This document shows positions 48,600 through 58,675 of a DNA stretch of 64,000 nt, one piece after another (positions within the stretch are counted from its first letter, which is position 1; each line of letters opens with the position of its first letter). The notes beneath the pieces were generated by a model. That model saw only the letters and a list, made by a program, of their open reading frames with translations. It was not told the DNA's origin and made no database searches. The translations under genes were made by a program, and so were the position numbers. The stretch comes from Deltaproteobacteria bacterium. GTDB lineage: Bacteria; SAR324; NAC60-12. Location: contig JAYOTF010000002.1 in the NCBI GenBank assembly GCA_038150265.1, positions 17,303 through 81,302 of the forward strand, read 5' to 3'.

Positions 48600-50615
48600 A
48601 TGGCAGATCTCGGTACGATTGCATTGATGGTGGCTCTCGCTGCCTGTCTCTATGGCACGGTTGTGCCCCACCTCGGCGTCAAGACCAACAACTGGAACCT
48701 GGTCCGCTCCGCTCAGAACGCCAGCATCCTGACGTTCTTCCTCATCGCAATAGCCTCCCTCGTGCTGGAGTATGCGCTCATCACGAGTGACTTCAGCATC
48801 CGTTACGTCTGGGAAACCTCCAGCACCGACATGCCGCTTTTCTACAAGGTGGCTGCGTTCTGGGGCGGCCTGGACGGATCCCTGCTGTTTTGGCTGCTGG
48901 TCCAGAGCCTCTTCACGATGGTGGTGGCCTTCCGCTACCAGTACTCCAACCGGGAAATCATCCCCTACGTCCTCACCACCCTGAATGCCCTGATGGCCTT
49001 CCTGCTGATCCTCCTGCTCGGGTGGTCCAACCCGCTGGAGCTGCAGGCGGTGATTCCGGAAGAAGGACGGGGCCTCAACCCGTTGCTGCAGCATCCGGCA
49101 ATGGCGGTTCACCCGCCTTCGCTGTACCTCGGCTTCATCGGCTTCAGTGTCCCCTTTGCCTTTGCGATGGGAGGCCTCATGAAGGGGCGGCTGGACAACG
49201 AATGGGTGCTGACGACTCGGCGCTGGACGCTGTTTGCCTTCTACTTCCTCTCCACCGGGCTCATCCTGGGAGGCCAGTGGGCTTATGAAGAACTCGGCTG
49301 GGGCGGCTTCTGGGCCTGGGACCCGGTTGAAAATGCGGCGTTCATGCCGTGGCTGACGGGAACCGCCTTCCTGCACTCGGTGATGATTCAGGAAAAACGG
49401 AACATGCTCCGGATCTGGAACGTGGTCCTCATCATTGTGACCTTTGCCCTGACGATCATTGGCACCTTCCTGACGCGGTCCGGAGTGGTCAATTCGGTGC
49501 ACTCCTTCACGCAGTCCGAGATCGGCCCGGCGTTTCTGGTATTCCTGGCGGTGGTGCTGGTGATTGCCTTTGCCCTGCTCTTCAAGCGGATCAACCTGCT
49601 GGAGTCGGAGCACAAGATGGAATCCGTCCTGTGCCGGGAAAATGCCTTCCTCGCCCAGAACGTCCTCTTTGTCAGCATGGCCTTTACCGTGTTGCTGGGC
49701 ACCACGTTCCCGCTGCTGGCCGAGGCCGTGCGGGGCGCCAAGCTTTCCATTCAGGCGCCGTTCTTCAACACGATCATCGCGCCGATGGGCTACCTGTTGA
49801 TGTTCCTCATGGGCATTGGCACCCTGATCGCGTGGCGCAAGGCCAGCTGGGAAAGCCTGCGCCGGAGCTTCCAGAATCCGATGCTGCTGGCCACGGTGGT
49901 GACGGTGGCGGCCTTCTTCCTGCTGCCGTCTGGGACGGCTTCCGGAGTCTATGCGATCCTCTGGACGACGTCCTTTGTGATGGCGACCATTGTCATTGAG
50001 GTGATCAAGGCGGGAAATGCCAAGGCCAAGCAGCTGCAGACCAACTGGTTCACCGGCTTCTTCTATGCCGTCAACCGCAACCGCCGCCGCTACGGAGGCC
50101 TCCTGATTCACGTTGGGGTGATCCTGATGTATGTGGGCATTGCCGGCAAGTTCCTCAGCACCGAACACTCCTTCACCCTGGAGCAGGATGTCCCGAAGAC
50201 GGTGGAAGGCTTCACGCTCGTGTCCAAGGGCGTGGATGAGTTTCCAGTCGCCAACGCGACCCACCGGGCTGCGATCATTGAAGTCTATGACGAGGAGGGC
50301 ACGCTGCTGGAGGTGATGAAGCCGGCCAAGAGCTTCTACCCGACGCAGCCGCAGCCCCTCACCGAGGTGGCCATCCGCCGGACCTTCAGTGAAGACCTCT
50401 ACCTCATCTTCTCCAGCGAAGACGGGGCCGATCAGGGGACGGTCACCATCCGGATGTTCGTCAACCCGATGATGGCCTGGGCGTGGTCAGCCCTCCCGAT
50501 CTTCACCCTGGGCATTGGCCTGTGCCTCTCTTATCGTCCGAAGCACCTCCTGACCCGTGAGTCAGTTGTTCGCAAGCGTTACCAACGGGGCTACGCAACC
50601 GGAGGCGCGCAATGA
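48600..50615 (+). CDS. ccmF: cytochrome c-type biogenesis heme lyase CcmF
   Basis: WGGLDGSLLFW, GLNPLLQHP, HPP, WGGFWAWDPVEN, SVHSF. Confidence 0.95.
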   Translation: MADLGTIALMVALAACLYGTVVPHLGVKTNNWNLVRSAQNASILTFFLIAIASLVLEYALITSDFSIRYVWETSSTDMPLFYKVAAFWGGLDGSLLFWLLVQSLFTMVVAFRYQYSNREIIPYVLTTLNALMAFLLILLLGWSNPLELQAVIPEEGRGLNPLLQHPAMAVHPPSLYLGFIGFSVPFAFAMGGLMKGRLDNEWVLTTRRWTLFAFYFLSTGLILGGQWAYEELGWGGFWAWDPVENAAFMPWLTGTAFLHSVMIQEKRNMLRIWNVVLIIVTFALTIIGTFLTRSGVVNSVHSFTQSEIGPAFLVFLAVVLVIAFALLFKRINLLESEHKMESVLCRENAFLAQNVLFVSMAFTVLLGTTFPLLAEAVRGAKLSIQAPFFNTIIAPMGYLLMFLMGIGTLIAWRKASWESLRRSFQNPMLLATVVTVAAFFLLPSGTASGVYAILWTTSFVMATIVIEVIKAGNAKAKQLQTNWFTGFFYAVNRNRRRYGGLLIHVGVILMYVGIAGKFLSTEHSFTLEQDVPKTVEGFTLVSKGVDEFPVANATHRAAIIEVYDEEGTLLEVMKPAKSFYPTQPQPLTEVAIRRTFSEDLYLIFSSEDGADQGTVTIRMFVNPMMAWAWSALPIFTLGIGLCLSYRPKHLLTRESVVRKRYQRGYATGGAQ

Positions 50616-51154
50616 GCCTGTGGACGTCCTGGAAGTTCTGGGCCGCCTGGGCAATGATTGGTGGACTGATTGGGCTCTTTGCCTTCGGGTTCACCACCGA
50701 CCCGAAGCTGGTGCCGTCCCCGCTGATCGGCAAGCCGGCCCGTTCCTTTGACCTGCAGCTGCTCAACGGCACCCAGACGGTGTCGCTGGAAGACTTCCGA
50801 GGGAAACCACTGGTGCTCAACTTCTGGGCCTCCTGGTGCGTGGAGTGCCGGTCGGAAGCGTCAGAGCTGGAGGCCTTCCACCAGGAGCACTCGGCAAAGG
50901 GAGATGCTGTTGTGGTGGGAGTGGCCATCCAGGATACGGTGGATCAGGCCCAGGCCTTTGCCCAGCGATTTGGGAAGACCTATCTGCTGGGACTGGACAA
51001 TGAGGCCGGGAAGATCGCCCTCGATTATGGCATCTATGGCGTTCCGGAGACGTTCATCATCGACGCCAACGGCGTCATCCGTACCAAGCAGGTTGGGGGA
51101 GTCACCCGAGCCTGGCTCGATCAGCAACTCGAAAAGCTTGCCCAAGAGGGCTGA
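50612..51154 (+). CDS. ccmG: thiol:disulfide interchange protein CcmG/DsbE (TlpA-like)
   Basis: PSPLIGKPA, NFWASWCVEC, YGIYGVPET; ATGA-coupled to ccmF. Confidence 0.8.
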   Translation: MSLWTSWKFWAAWAMIGGLIGLFAFGFTTDPKLVPSPLIGKPARSFDLQLLNGTQTVSLEDFRGKPLVLNFWASWCVECRSEASELEAFHQEHSAKGDAVVVGVAIQDTVDQAQAFAQRFGKTYLLGLDNEAGKIALDYGIYGVPETFIIDANGVIRTKQVGGVTRAWLDQQLEKLAQEG

Positions 51155-51199
51155 CCCTTCCCCTTTCGTCTTTCCAACAAGACGTCACTCAGAGGCTTC

Positions 51200-51715
51200 A
51201 TGATCCCGAAGTGGAAATCCATTCTGAGTGACCGTCGCCTCCTCCGTAACGGAATCCTCATTGGGGCCATCTGGTTTGGGGTAACGTGGTGGCAGACTCG
51301 TGACCTGGTTCCCACAGAAACTCCTGCCGCGCCTCTTCCGACCGCCTCCTTGAGCGGGCCGGTCCCTACGCTGGAAGAGCATGAGGGCAAGCGAGTCCTG
51401 CTTTACTTCTTTGCCCCGTGGTGCTCGGTGTGTGCAGTCAACATCAGCAACCTCGATTGGCTCCGGAAGCTCCGGTCGGAGGAACATCTCGCCATTTATG
51501 CGGTCGCGTTGGACTATCAGAGTCCGGACGAGCTGGAGGCTTATGTTCAGCAGCATGAGCTGACCGTTCCGGTGCTACTGGGCACACGGCAGACGTGGGC
51601 CAGCTACCGGGTGCAGGCCTTCCCGACCGTCTATGCGCTGGACGAGTCCGGACACATTGAATCCCGGGCTGTGGGCTACGTCCCGCTGGTGGGCCTGTGG
51701 TGGCGCAGCCTCTAA
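51200..51715 (+). CDS. membrane-anchored redoxin/TlpA-like thioredoxin
   Basis: YFFAPWCSVC, AFPT. Confidence 0.85.
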   Translation: MIPKWKSILSDRRLLRNGILIGAIWFGVTWWQTRDLVPTETPAAPLPTASLSGPVPTLEEHEGKRVLLYFFAPWCSVCAVNISNLDWLRKLRSEEHLAIYAVALDYQSPDELEAYVQQHELTVPVLLGTRQTWASYRVQAFPTVYALDESGHIESRAVGYVPLVGLWWRSL

Positions 51716-51751
51716 CAACGCCTTCTTTTTCAGCATCAACAAGGAATCAGC

Positions 51752-52786
51752 ATGAGTTACACTCCCGCAGAGAACCGTTACGAGCAGATGATCTACCGCC
51801 GCTGTGGCCGGTCTGGCATTCAGTTGCCGCTGGTCTCCCTGGGCCTGTGGCACAACTTTGGAGAAGACACCCCCCACGAGGTGAAACGGGCGATGTGTCA
51901 GGTGGCGTTTGACCACGGCATCAACCACTTTGACCTGGCGAACAACTATGGCCCGCCTCCGGGAAGTGCAGAGGAGGCGTTTGGCGAGATTCTGCGGACG
52001 GACCTCAAGGGGTACCGGGACGAGTTGATCATTTCCTCAAAGGCGGGCTACCTGATGTGGCCCGGACCCTACGGCGAGTGGGGCAGCCGCAAGTACCTGG
52101 TGGCCTCGTGCGATCAGTCCCTCAAGCGGATGGGCCTCGACTACGTTGACATCTTCTACTCCCACCGTTTCGATCCGGAGACGCCGCTCGAGGAAACCAT
52201 GGGCGCTCTCGATTACATCGTCCGCTCCGGACGGGCACAGTATGTGGGGATTTCGTCTTACAACTCCCAGCGGACTCGGGAGGCGGTCGCGATCCTGAAG
52301 GACTTGGGAACGCCCTGCCTGATCCATCAGCCGTCTTACAGCATGATCAACCGCTGGCTGGAGCGAGATGGCCTGAAGGAAACCCTGCAGGAGCTGGGGG
52401 TGGGCTCCATTGCCTTCTCTCCGCTGGCGCAGGGAATGCTGACCAACAAGTACCTCGGAGGGGTGCCGCAGGATAGCCGGGCGGCGCAGGACAAGTCGCT
52501 GGATCCGGAGTTTCTCTCTGAGCGAGCGCTGGGGAACATTGCCAGGCTCCACGAAGTGGCCCAGCGCCGCGGGCAGACGTTGGCGCAGATGGCAATCGCC
52601 TGGGTGCTGCGGGAGGGCGGAATCACGAGCGCGCTGATTGGAGCGTCTCGTCCGCAGCAGGTGATCGACTGCGCCGGGGCCATCCGGAACCTGGAGTTCA
52701 CCCCGGAAGAACTGGCCGAGATCGACCAGTATGCAGATGAAGAGGCGATCAACCTCTGGGCTCAGTCCGCTGAGCTGGATTCCTGA
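51752..52786 (+). CDS. gpr: aldo/keto reductase, L-glyceraldehyde-3-phosphate reductase (Gpr/YghZ/MgrA)
   Basis: YRRCGRSG, SLGLWHNFG, FDLANNYGPP, KAGY.MWPGPYG, IFYSHR. Confidence 0.9.
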   Translation: MSYTPAENRYEQMIYRRCGRSGIQLPLVSLGLWHNFGEDTPHEVKRAMCQVAFDHGINHFDLANNYGPPPGSAEEAFGEILRTDLKGYRDELIISSKAGYLMWPGPYGEWGSRKYLVASCDQSLKRMGLDYVDIFYSHRFDPETPLEETMGALDYIVRSGRAQYVGISSYNSQRTREAVAILKDLGTPCLIHQPSYSMINRWLERDGLKETLQELGVGSIAFSPLAQGMLTNKYLGGVPQDSRAAQDKSLDPEFLSERALGNIARLHEVAQRRGQTLAQMAIAWVLREGGITSALIGASRPQQVIDCAGAIRNLEFTPEELAEIDQYADEEAINLWAQSAELDS

Positions 52787-52787
52787 A

Positions 52788-53771
52788 TCACTCCTCTGCT
52801 CCGGAATGGTCCAGCGGCAACGCCATCGCCATTCCGGACACTCCTTCTTGCTGCCGAAGCAGCATCAATTCTCCCTTCAACTGATGAGCGACCCTCCGGA
52901 AGTGCTGGAGCAACGCATCCTCGGGTGCCGACTGCAGGAACTGATCAAGGGCGGGTGACGGACGGGGCACCTGAATCCGGAATCGCGAATGCACACCGGG
53001 GCGCAGGTTCAGGAAGGGCGCGTTGGTGTCAGTGGCGCGCAAGGCCCCCACTTCCAGGAGCAGCTCCTCTCCGGCCTGAGTGGTGGAAGCGCAGGTTTGC
53101 AGACCCCACAGCAGCAACTCAAGCAGCATGAGGGCATCGCAGCCAACCGACCGGGCCTCCACCTCTCGCTGAATCCGTAGCGGCGTCTCGGGGTAGCTGC
53201 CTTCCCAAAGCGTCTGGATCAAGGGCAGCACCTGGTCGAGCACGGACTCGTCGTTGGGAACTCCGGGGGTGAGGAGGGCCAGCTGCTCCTGAAAACGGAT
53301 CCGAAGGTCTGCCGAGACGGAGCTTTGCTCCCAGCGCAGCCAGGTCCGGGCCAGGACGTGTCCGTGGTGCCAGGAGAGCCCCCCTGCGCTTCCAGAGAAG
53401 AGGCTGCTCTGGTGCAGGGCCATTTCAATGGTGGCCAGCAGTTCGCGGCGCTTGAACGGCTTGACGATGTATCCGGAGGGATGCGTCAGCTTGGCGCGTT
53501 CCAGCATGGACTGGTTGGTGAACGAAGTCACATAGATCATCGGCAGACCATGCTGCTGCCGGAGCTGTTGGGCGGTTTCAATGCCGTCCATCTCGCCAGA
53601 GAGCATCACATCCACCAGCGCCAGATCCACGGACTGCTCCTGCAGCAACGCCAGGGCTTCCTCGCCAGACGAGGCGATGAAGGCGGAGTACCCGGCTTCT
53701 TCCAGGCAGTACACCATGTCGTCTGCGACAATGGCCTCATCTTCAATCACCAGCAGCCGTCCGTGGTTCAT
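52788..53771 (-). CDS. receiver-domain protein with degenerate kinase-like C-terminus
   Basis: LLVIEDE, LVDVML, GYIVKPF; the C-terminus follows an HATPase-like layout without N/G boxes. Confidence 0.75.
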   Translation of the reverse strand: MNHGRLLVIEDEAIVADDMVYCLEEAGYSAFIASSGEEALALLQEQSVDLALVDVMLSGEMDGIETAQQLRQQHGLPMIYVTSFTNQSMLERAKLTHPSGYIVKPFKRRELLATIEMALHQSSLFSGSAGGLSWHHGHVLARTWLRWEQSSVSADLRIRFQEQLALLTPGVPNDESVLDQVLPLIQTLWEGSYPETPLRIQREVEARSVGCDALMLLELLLWGLQTCASTTQAGEELLLEVGALRATDTNAPFLNLRPGVHSRFRIQVPRPSPALDQFLQSAPEDALLQHFRRVAHQLKGELMLLRQQEGVSGMAMALPLDHSGAEE

Positions 53772-55249
53772 GCATCCTCCGGAAACTCGAGCTCAAAGCA
53801 GGCCCCGTTGGCGTTGAAGGCATGGTAGGCCTGGCCAATCTGGCGGGAGAGGAGGTGAATGAGCCGGAGCCCCGTGGTTTCTGACTGGCCCCAGTTCGCC
53901 AGCTCCGGGAAGCCCGGCCCATTGTCGCAGACGGCCAGGCGGATCTGCTGGTTGGCAACCGGGCGGAGTTCCACCTGGATGTGAGTCGGGTCGCTGGTGC
54001 GGGCGTGCTTGATGGCGTTGGTCAGCAACTCGTTGAGGATGAGGCCACAGGGGATGACGTGATCAAGGCGAATCCGGACGGGCGCCAGCTGGAGGTTCAG
54101 CTTGGTCACCTCGTGGGTGCTGTAAGAGGCGAGCAGTTCCTGGGCCAGCTCCCTGACAAATTCGGGGAAGTCGATCTGCGTCAGTTCGGGAGCGCGGTAG
54201 AGTTTTTCATGAATCAGAGACATGGTATGGATGCGCTGCTGAAGCTCCCGGGTCAGTTCCTCCAGGCGCTCCTCCCGGATGCTCCGGAACTGCAGGCGCA
54301 GCATGCTGGAGATGATCTGCATGTTGTTCTTCACCCGGTGGTGCACCTCCTGGAGCAGGATCTCCTTTTCCTTGAGGGAGTGCTGCAACCGGTTGCCGGC
54401 GTCAATGCGCTCCTCGACTTCCTGCAGCAGTTGCTCGTTGGCCTGCCGCAGCTCTTCCGTTCGGCTCAGCACCTGTTCCTCCAACTGCTGCTTGTAGCGC
54501 ATCAGCTCGGCCTCGGCCTCGGCCCGACGTTTCAGCTCGTCCCGGAGCTGCTCCGTGTACTGCCGCAGGGTTTGGCGCATCCGGTTGAAGGCAAAGACGA
54601 CCTCTTCGAGCTCGTCGTGTCGCTTGACGCGTTGAAGCTGCAGGGGCGCGGCAAGGGTTTCCGGGGTGGTGGCGTGAGCGAAGTCGGCCATGGTTCCGAG
54701 GTGCCGGGTCAGGAGGCGCTGCACCAGGATGAAGATGAATCCGGAGATGAGAAAGGTCTTGAGGGCCTGTGTGGCAAGAATCAGCAGCACGCGGTCCCAG
54801 AGCCGCTGCTCGGCTTCAGCCAGTGAGGCCACCAGGCGGAGCTCGCCCAGGTCGTAGGATTCGCCGTTGTGGGTGTAGCGCAGGGGGTAGCGGTGCTCGA
54901 CCTCCGATGCGGCCGGCCGGATTCCTTCTTCCATCTGCACGCCTTCGGGGGAGCGGATTTCGGCAAAGCGCATGTCCGGAAGCCGCACCACCCCTTCCAG
55001 CAGCACCTGGGTCTGGCGCAGGTCGGTCATCCAGAGACTGTTGATGATGCCCTGCAGGTAGCTGGTCCGGATCTGCTCCATGCGGTCTTCAATCAGGTGG
55101 ACGTCTCGGCGGTAGTCGGTCTGGAGCTGGTACCCGGTGCCCAGCAGGGTAAACAGCGAACTCGCCAGGAGGATGCTGAAGATCAACCGACTGCCGATCG
55201 AATCGCGTCTCAGGACTTTCGGAGGCGCCAGAGGAAGGGGGAAATTCAT
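53768..55249 (-). CDS. membrane sensor histidine kinase (HAMP, HisKA_2)
   Basis: Two TM helices, DEL HAMP, EVHHRVKNNMQ, NELLTNAIKHA, DNGPG. Confidence 0.92.
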   Translation of the reverse strand: MNFPLPLAPPKVLRRDSIGSRLIFSILLASSLFTLLGTGYQLQTDYRRDVHLIEDRMEQIRTSYLQGIINSLWMTDLRQTQVLLEGVVRLPDMRFAEIRSPEGVQMEEGIRPAASEVEHRYPLRYTHNGESYDLGELRLVASLAEAEQRLWDRVLLILATQALKTFLISGFIFILVQRLLTRHLGTMADFAHATTPETLAAPLQLQRVKRHDELEEVVFAFNRMRQTLRQYTEQLRDELKRRAEAEAELMRYKQQLEEQVLSRTEELRQANEQLLQEVEERIDAGNRLQHSLKEKEILLQEVHHRVKNNMQIISSMLRLQFRSIREERLEELTRELQQRIHTMSLIHEKLYRAPELTQIDFPEFVRELAQELLASYSTHEVTKLNLQLAPVRIRLDHVIPCGLILNELLTNAIKHARTSDPTHIQVELRPVANQQIRLAVCDNGPGFPELANWGQSETTGLRLIHLLSRQIGQAYHAFNANGACFELEFPEDA

Positions 55250-55366
55250 AGAAGCTCAAACATTTTGACGTCGCATCTCGGTTCGGGATGCCTTATCCTT
55301 TTGGACAATTTACGGTAATCCGTCCAGGGGGATGGTTTCCCGCCGGAACGAACTTGGAGGAAAAAT

Positions 55367-55960
55367 ATGACTGCTGCGAAGTTTTACTTCCCTCATGAAG
55401 AACTCTGCCGTGAGCTTGACCTCAGCCAGCGGAAGGTCCTGGTCATGGAGTCGGCCCTGGCCGATGTGCTGGAGGAGCTTCGTTTTCTGCACCGGCAGGC
55501 GGAGCAGATCACCATTCCCGCAGGCCTGCCGGTCTCCCGGGGGCTGCAGGATCTGGTGGAGGAGCTTCAGTTTACCAAGCGCCAGCTGGATGTCCTGCAC
55601 GGGTCCCTGGAGGAAGCCTCACAGCAAGCGAATCAGCGAGATGCCGGACAGCAGCTCCGTGAACGCCTGGTCAAGCTGATGAACCTGGCCCTGCGCCACT
55701 GGGAAGAGGCGACCGGGACCACCAAGCTGGAGTTGGCTGAGGAGAGCGGCATCTGGAAGCTCCACCAGGACAAGGGGTACCTGCGCGTCCGGACCCTCGA
55801 CCGTTACCTCAGTGTGCCGACCCTTCCCAAGCAGCCTCGCTGGCGAGACGTGACCCGAACCGTTCGGTTTGTCCTTAGCAAGGGCTCGTCTTCTGTGGTC
55901 GAGGAACTCCTCCGGAACCTCCAGGAGTTTCAGCGCCTGCTCCTGCGTTCTCCGACCTGA
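55367..55960 (+). CDS. coiled coil plus stand-alone putative ChiS-family DNA-binding domain
   Basis: RBS GGAGG; LMNLALRHWEEATGTTKLELAEESGIW...RTLDRYL...LPKQPRWRDV.RT..FVL. Confidence 0.7.
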   Translation: MTAAKFYFPHEELCRELDLSQRKVLVMESALADVLEELRFLHRQAEQITIPAGLPVSRGLQDLVEELQFTKRQLDVLHGSLEEASQQANQRDAGQQLRERLVKLMNLALRHWEEATGTTKLELAEESGIWKLHQDKGYLRVRTLDRYLSVPTLPKQPRWRDVTRTVRFVLSKGSSSVVEELLRNLQEFQRLLLRSPT

Positions 55961-56084
55961 GCGCCTCCAAGTGTTCCCAATATTTTGCAGAATTGCAACG
56001 ATTCTTCCTCGTGGTGAATTTTACTAAAATTTTGATTTTTAAACGGATTTCTGGAGAATTTTCCGAATTTTCCAGAAATAGTTC

Positions 56085-57215
56085 TTGCCGGCTTCCCGAA
56101 AACACGGTTTGCTTTTGAGGCGGAAAACGCTGGTGGTCCTGCTGCTGCTGTGTGGAACGGTGGTGAGCGCTGCTCCCTGGCGAGTGGCCCTGTTCACGCC
56201 TCGGCAGCAAGATGACCCCTTCTGGGGACAATTCGTCGGCTTCGCGCTGCAGGCTGGAAGCGACCTCGCTGTGGAAGTGGTTCCGCATTATGCCGGAGGG
56301 AGCCTTCCGAAGATGCGGAATCAGATTGAAGCGGCCGCAGCGTCTGAAGCGTATGATGCCCTGATCTTCCCCAACTTCAAGATGGGCGGACGGGCCTTTC
56401 TGGAAGCTGCCGAGGCGCATCAGGTACCGGCGTTCATCGTCAATTCCGGGTTTACGGCGGCAGAGCAGGTGGGGCAGCCCCGAGAGGCGTTTCAGTACTG
56501 GATCGGCGAGCTGCTTCCGGATGAGACGGAGGCCGGAGCTGCCGTTGCCGAAAGCCTCATTCAGCAAGGAATCCGTCAGTTTGGTGACTCCGGTCTGGAG
56601 CTGGTGGGCATTGCGGGAATCATTTCCGACTACGCCTCCACGGAACGGACCGAGGGGCTGATCCGGACGCTGCAACGCTATCCGGAGGCTTCGCTGCGGC
56701 AGATGGTTCCTGCCAATTGGAGCGCGGAGCAGGCGGCACAAAGCTTTGCCATCCTGCAGCGCCGCTTTCCGGGGGTCAAGCTGGTGTGGTGTGCCAGCGA
56801 CGTCATGGCGCAGGGGGTGCTGACCGCTGCTCGGCAAAACGGGCTCGTCCCCGGGCAGGACCTGCTGGTGGGAGGGTTCGACTGGGCGGAGACGGGCTTG
56901 CGCTCGGTGGCCAGTGGAGACCAATGGAGCAGCGCTGGCGGGCACTTCCTCGAAGGAGGTTGGGCGATTGTGCTGGTGTATGACTACCTCGAAGGCGTTG
57001 ACTTTGCCCCGCTGGGCGTCCACTGGCGCTCGCGCATGGAGACCGTCACGCATGAAACGTGGTCCACGTACTCGGCATCGCTGGAGCAGCTCAACCGCGC
57101 CCAGCTGGACTTCCGGAAGGTGTCGCGGTTCCAGAACCCGAAGCCGACTTATGACCTGAAGGTTCGGAATGTCCTGGAAGAGGTTCAGGTTCAGCACAAC
57201 GCGCGGCAGCCGTAA
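56085..57215 (+). CDS. periplasmic binding protein type 1 (sugar-binding-like, probably sensory)
   Basis: Signal peptide, DPFW, R..GL, ANW, WCASDVMA.G, GGFDW, GGHFLEG; start uncertain. Confidence 0.8.
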   Translation: MPASRKHGLLLRRKTLVVLLLLCGTVVSAAPWRVALFTPRQQDDPFWGQFVGFALQAGSDLAVEVVPHYAGGSLPKMRNQIEAAAASEAYDALIFPNFKMGGRAFLEAAEAHQVPAFIVNSGFTAAEQVGQPREAFQYWIGELLPDETEAGAAVAESLIQQGIRQFGDSGLELVGIAGIISDYASTERTEGLIRTLQRYPEASLRQMVPANWSAEQAAQSFAILQRRFPGVKLVWCASDVMAQGVLTAARQNGLVPGQDLLVGGFDWAETGLRSVASGDQWSSAGGHFLEGGWAIVLVYDYLEGVDFAPLGVHWRSRMETVTHETWSTYSASLEQLNRAQLDFRKVSRFQNPKPTYDLKVRNVLEEVQVQHNARQP

Positions 57216-57401
57216 CGGAGGCTCAGCCGCCACCTGCCTTCAGACGATTCAACAGTTTGAGCCAATGGGCTCAAGAGGACCTTTGAGCAATCAAGGGAAG
57301 CCTTCCAGGAGGCGGAGGTTCCGCGACCCTGGACATTCAAGCGCCGCCGTGAGCCTGAGGTTCCGGAGGCGACTCATCACACAACTCTTTGGAGAGTAAC
57401 C

Positions 57402-58652
57402 ATGCACCAAAAACTCATCAAAAACTTTGCTGTCGCAGGGTCCCTGATGCTGTCATCCACCTTTGCGATGGCCAGCGATGTCGAGGTTCTTCACTGGTGG
57501 ACATCCGGTGGAGAGGCTGCGGCACTGAACGTGTTGAAGGACGACCTGGTGAGCAAAGGGGTCGGCTGGAAAGACATGCCGGTCGCCGGTGGGGGTGGAG
57601 AGAGCGCCATGACGGTTCTGGCCGCTCGCGTGTCCGCAGGGAACCCGCCCACCGCGGTCCAGATGCTGGGCTTTGACATCCTGGATTGGGCGAAGCAGGG
57701 CAAGCTGGCCAACCTGAACACGGTGGCTCAGCGTGAGAACTGGGACGCCGTGGTTCCGGCCGCACTGCAGAAGTTTGCCAAGTACAACGGCCAGTGGGTT
57801 TCGGCTCCCGTGAACGTGCACTCCACCAACTGGGTATGGGCCAACAAGAAGATCCTGGACGACCTGGGCATTCAGCAGCCCGGCACCTGGGATGAGTTTG
57901 TGGCAGCGCTGGAAAAGGTGAAGGCTTCCGGAAAAGTCGCCCTCGCGCACGGTGGACAGGCGTGGCAGGACGCGACCATCTTTGATGGGGTTGCCATGGC
58001 AACCGGCGGACCGAACTTCTACCGGGCGGCGTTCATTGACCTCGATCCGAAGGCGCTGAACTCTGAGACGATGCGCCAGACCTTCGAGCGCATGGCTGTG
58101 CTGCGTGGATTTGTTGATGAGAACTTCTCCGGACGGGACTGGAACCTGGCCTCGGCGATGGTCATCAACAACGAAGCCGCCTTCCAGATCATGGGAGACT
58201 GGGCGAAGGGTGAGTTCCTCAAGGCCAACAAGGTGCCGGATCAGGACTTCCTCTGCTTCCGGGTGCCAGGCACACAAGGCACAGTGACCTTCAACTCCGA
58301 CCAGTTTGCGATGTTTGGTGTGGAAGGGGGTGCCGCAAAGGATCAGGCGACCCTGGCGAGCGCCATCATGGCTCCGTCCTTCCAGTCTGCGTTCAACGTG
58401 GTGAAGGGCTCGGTTCCGGCTCGGACGGACGTCCCGAACACCGACTTTGACGCGTGCGGCAAGAAGGGCATGGCCGAGTTGGCAGCCGCCAACGCCACCG
58501 GCATGCTGTTTGGCTCCATGGCACACGGACACGCCAACCCGGCTGCTGTGAAGAACGCCATGTACGACGTCATCACCGCCCACTTCAACGGTGAGTACGA
58601 CGCTGCTACGGCTGCTGAAGAAATGGCCAGCGCAGTTTCGATGGCGAAGTAA
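57402..58652 (+). CDS. gtsA: glucose/mannose-type sugar ABC transporter substrate-binding protein (GtsA-like)
   Basis: [48 protein letters not shown]. Confidence 0.8.
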   Translation: MHQKLIKNFAVAGSLMLSSTFAMASDVEVLHWWTSGGEAAALNVLKDDLVSKGVGWKDMPVAGGGGESAMTVLAARVSAGNPPTAVQMLGFDILDWAKQGKLANLNTVAQRENWDAVVPAALQKFAKYNGQWVSAPVNVHSTNWVWANKKILDDLGIQQPGTWDEFVAALEKVKASGKVALAHGGQAWQDATIFDGVAMATGGPNFYRAAFIDLDPKALNSETMRQTFERMAVLRGFVDENFSGRDWNLASAMVINNEAAFQIMGDWAKGEFLKANKVPDQDFLCFRVPGTQGTVTFNSDQFAMFGVEGGAAKDQATLASAIMAPSFQSAFNVVKGSVPARTDVPNTDFDACGKKGMAELAAANATGMLFGSMAHGHANPAAVKNAMYDVITAHFNGEYDAATAAEEMASAVSMAK

Positions 58653-58675
58653 GCCGCTGTTGTTTCTCTGAGTAG

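Noticed and set aside
48600..51154. ccmF-ccmG without ccmABCDE/H
   Set aside because: Split ccm loci are common, and the remaining genes may lie outside the window.
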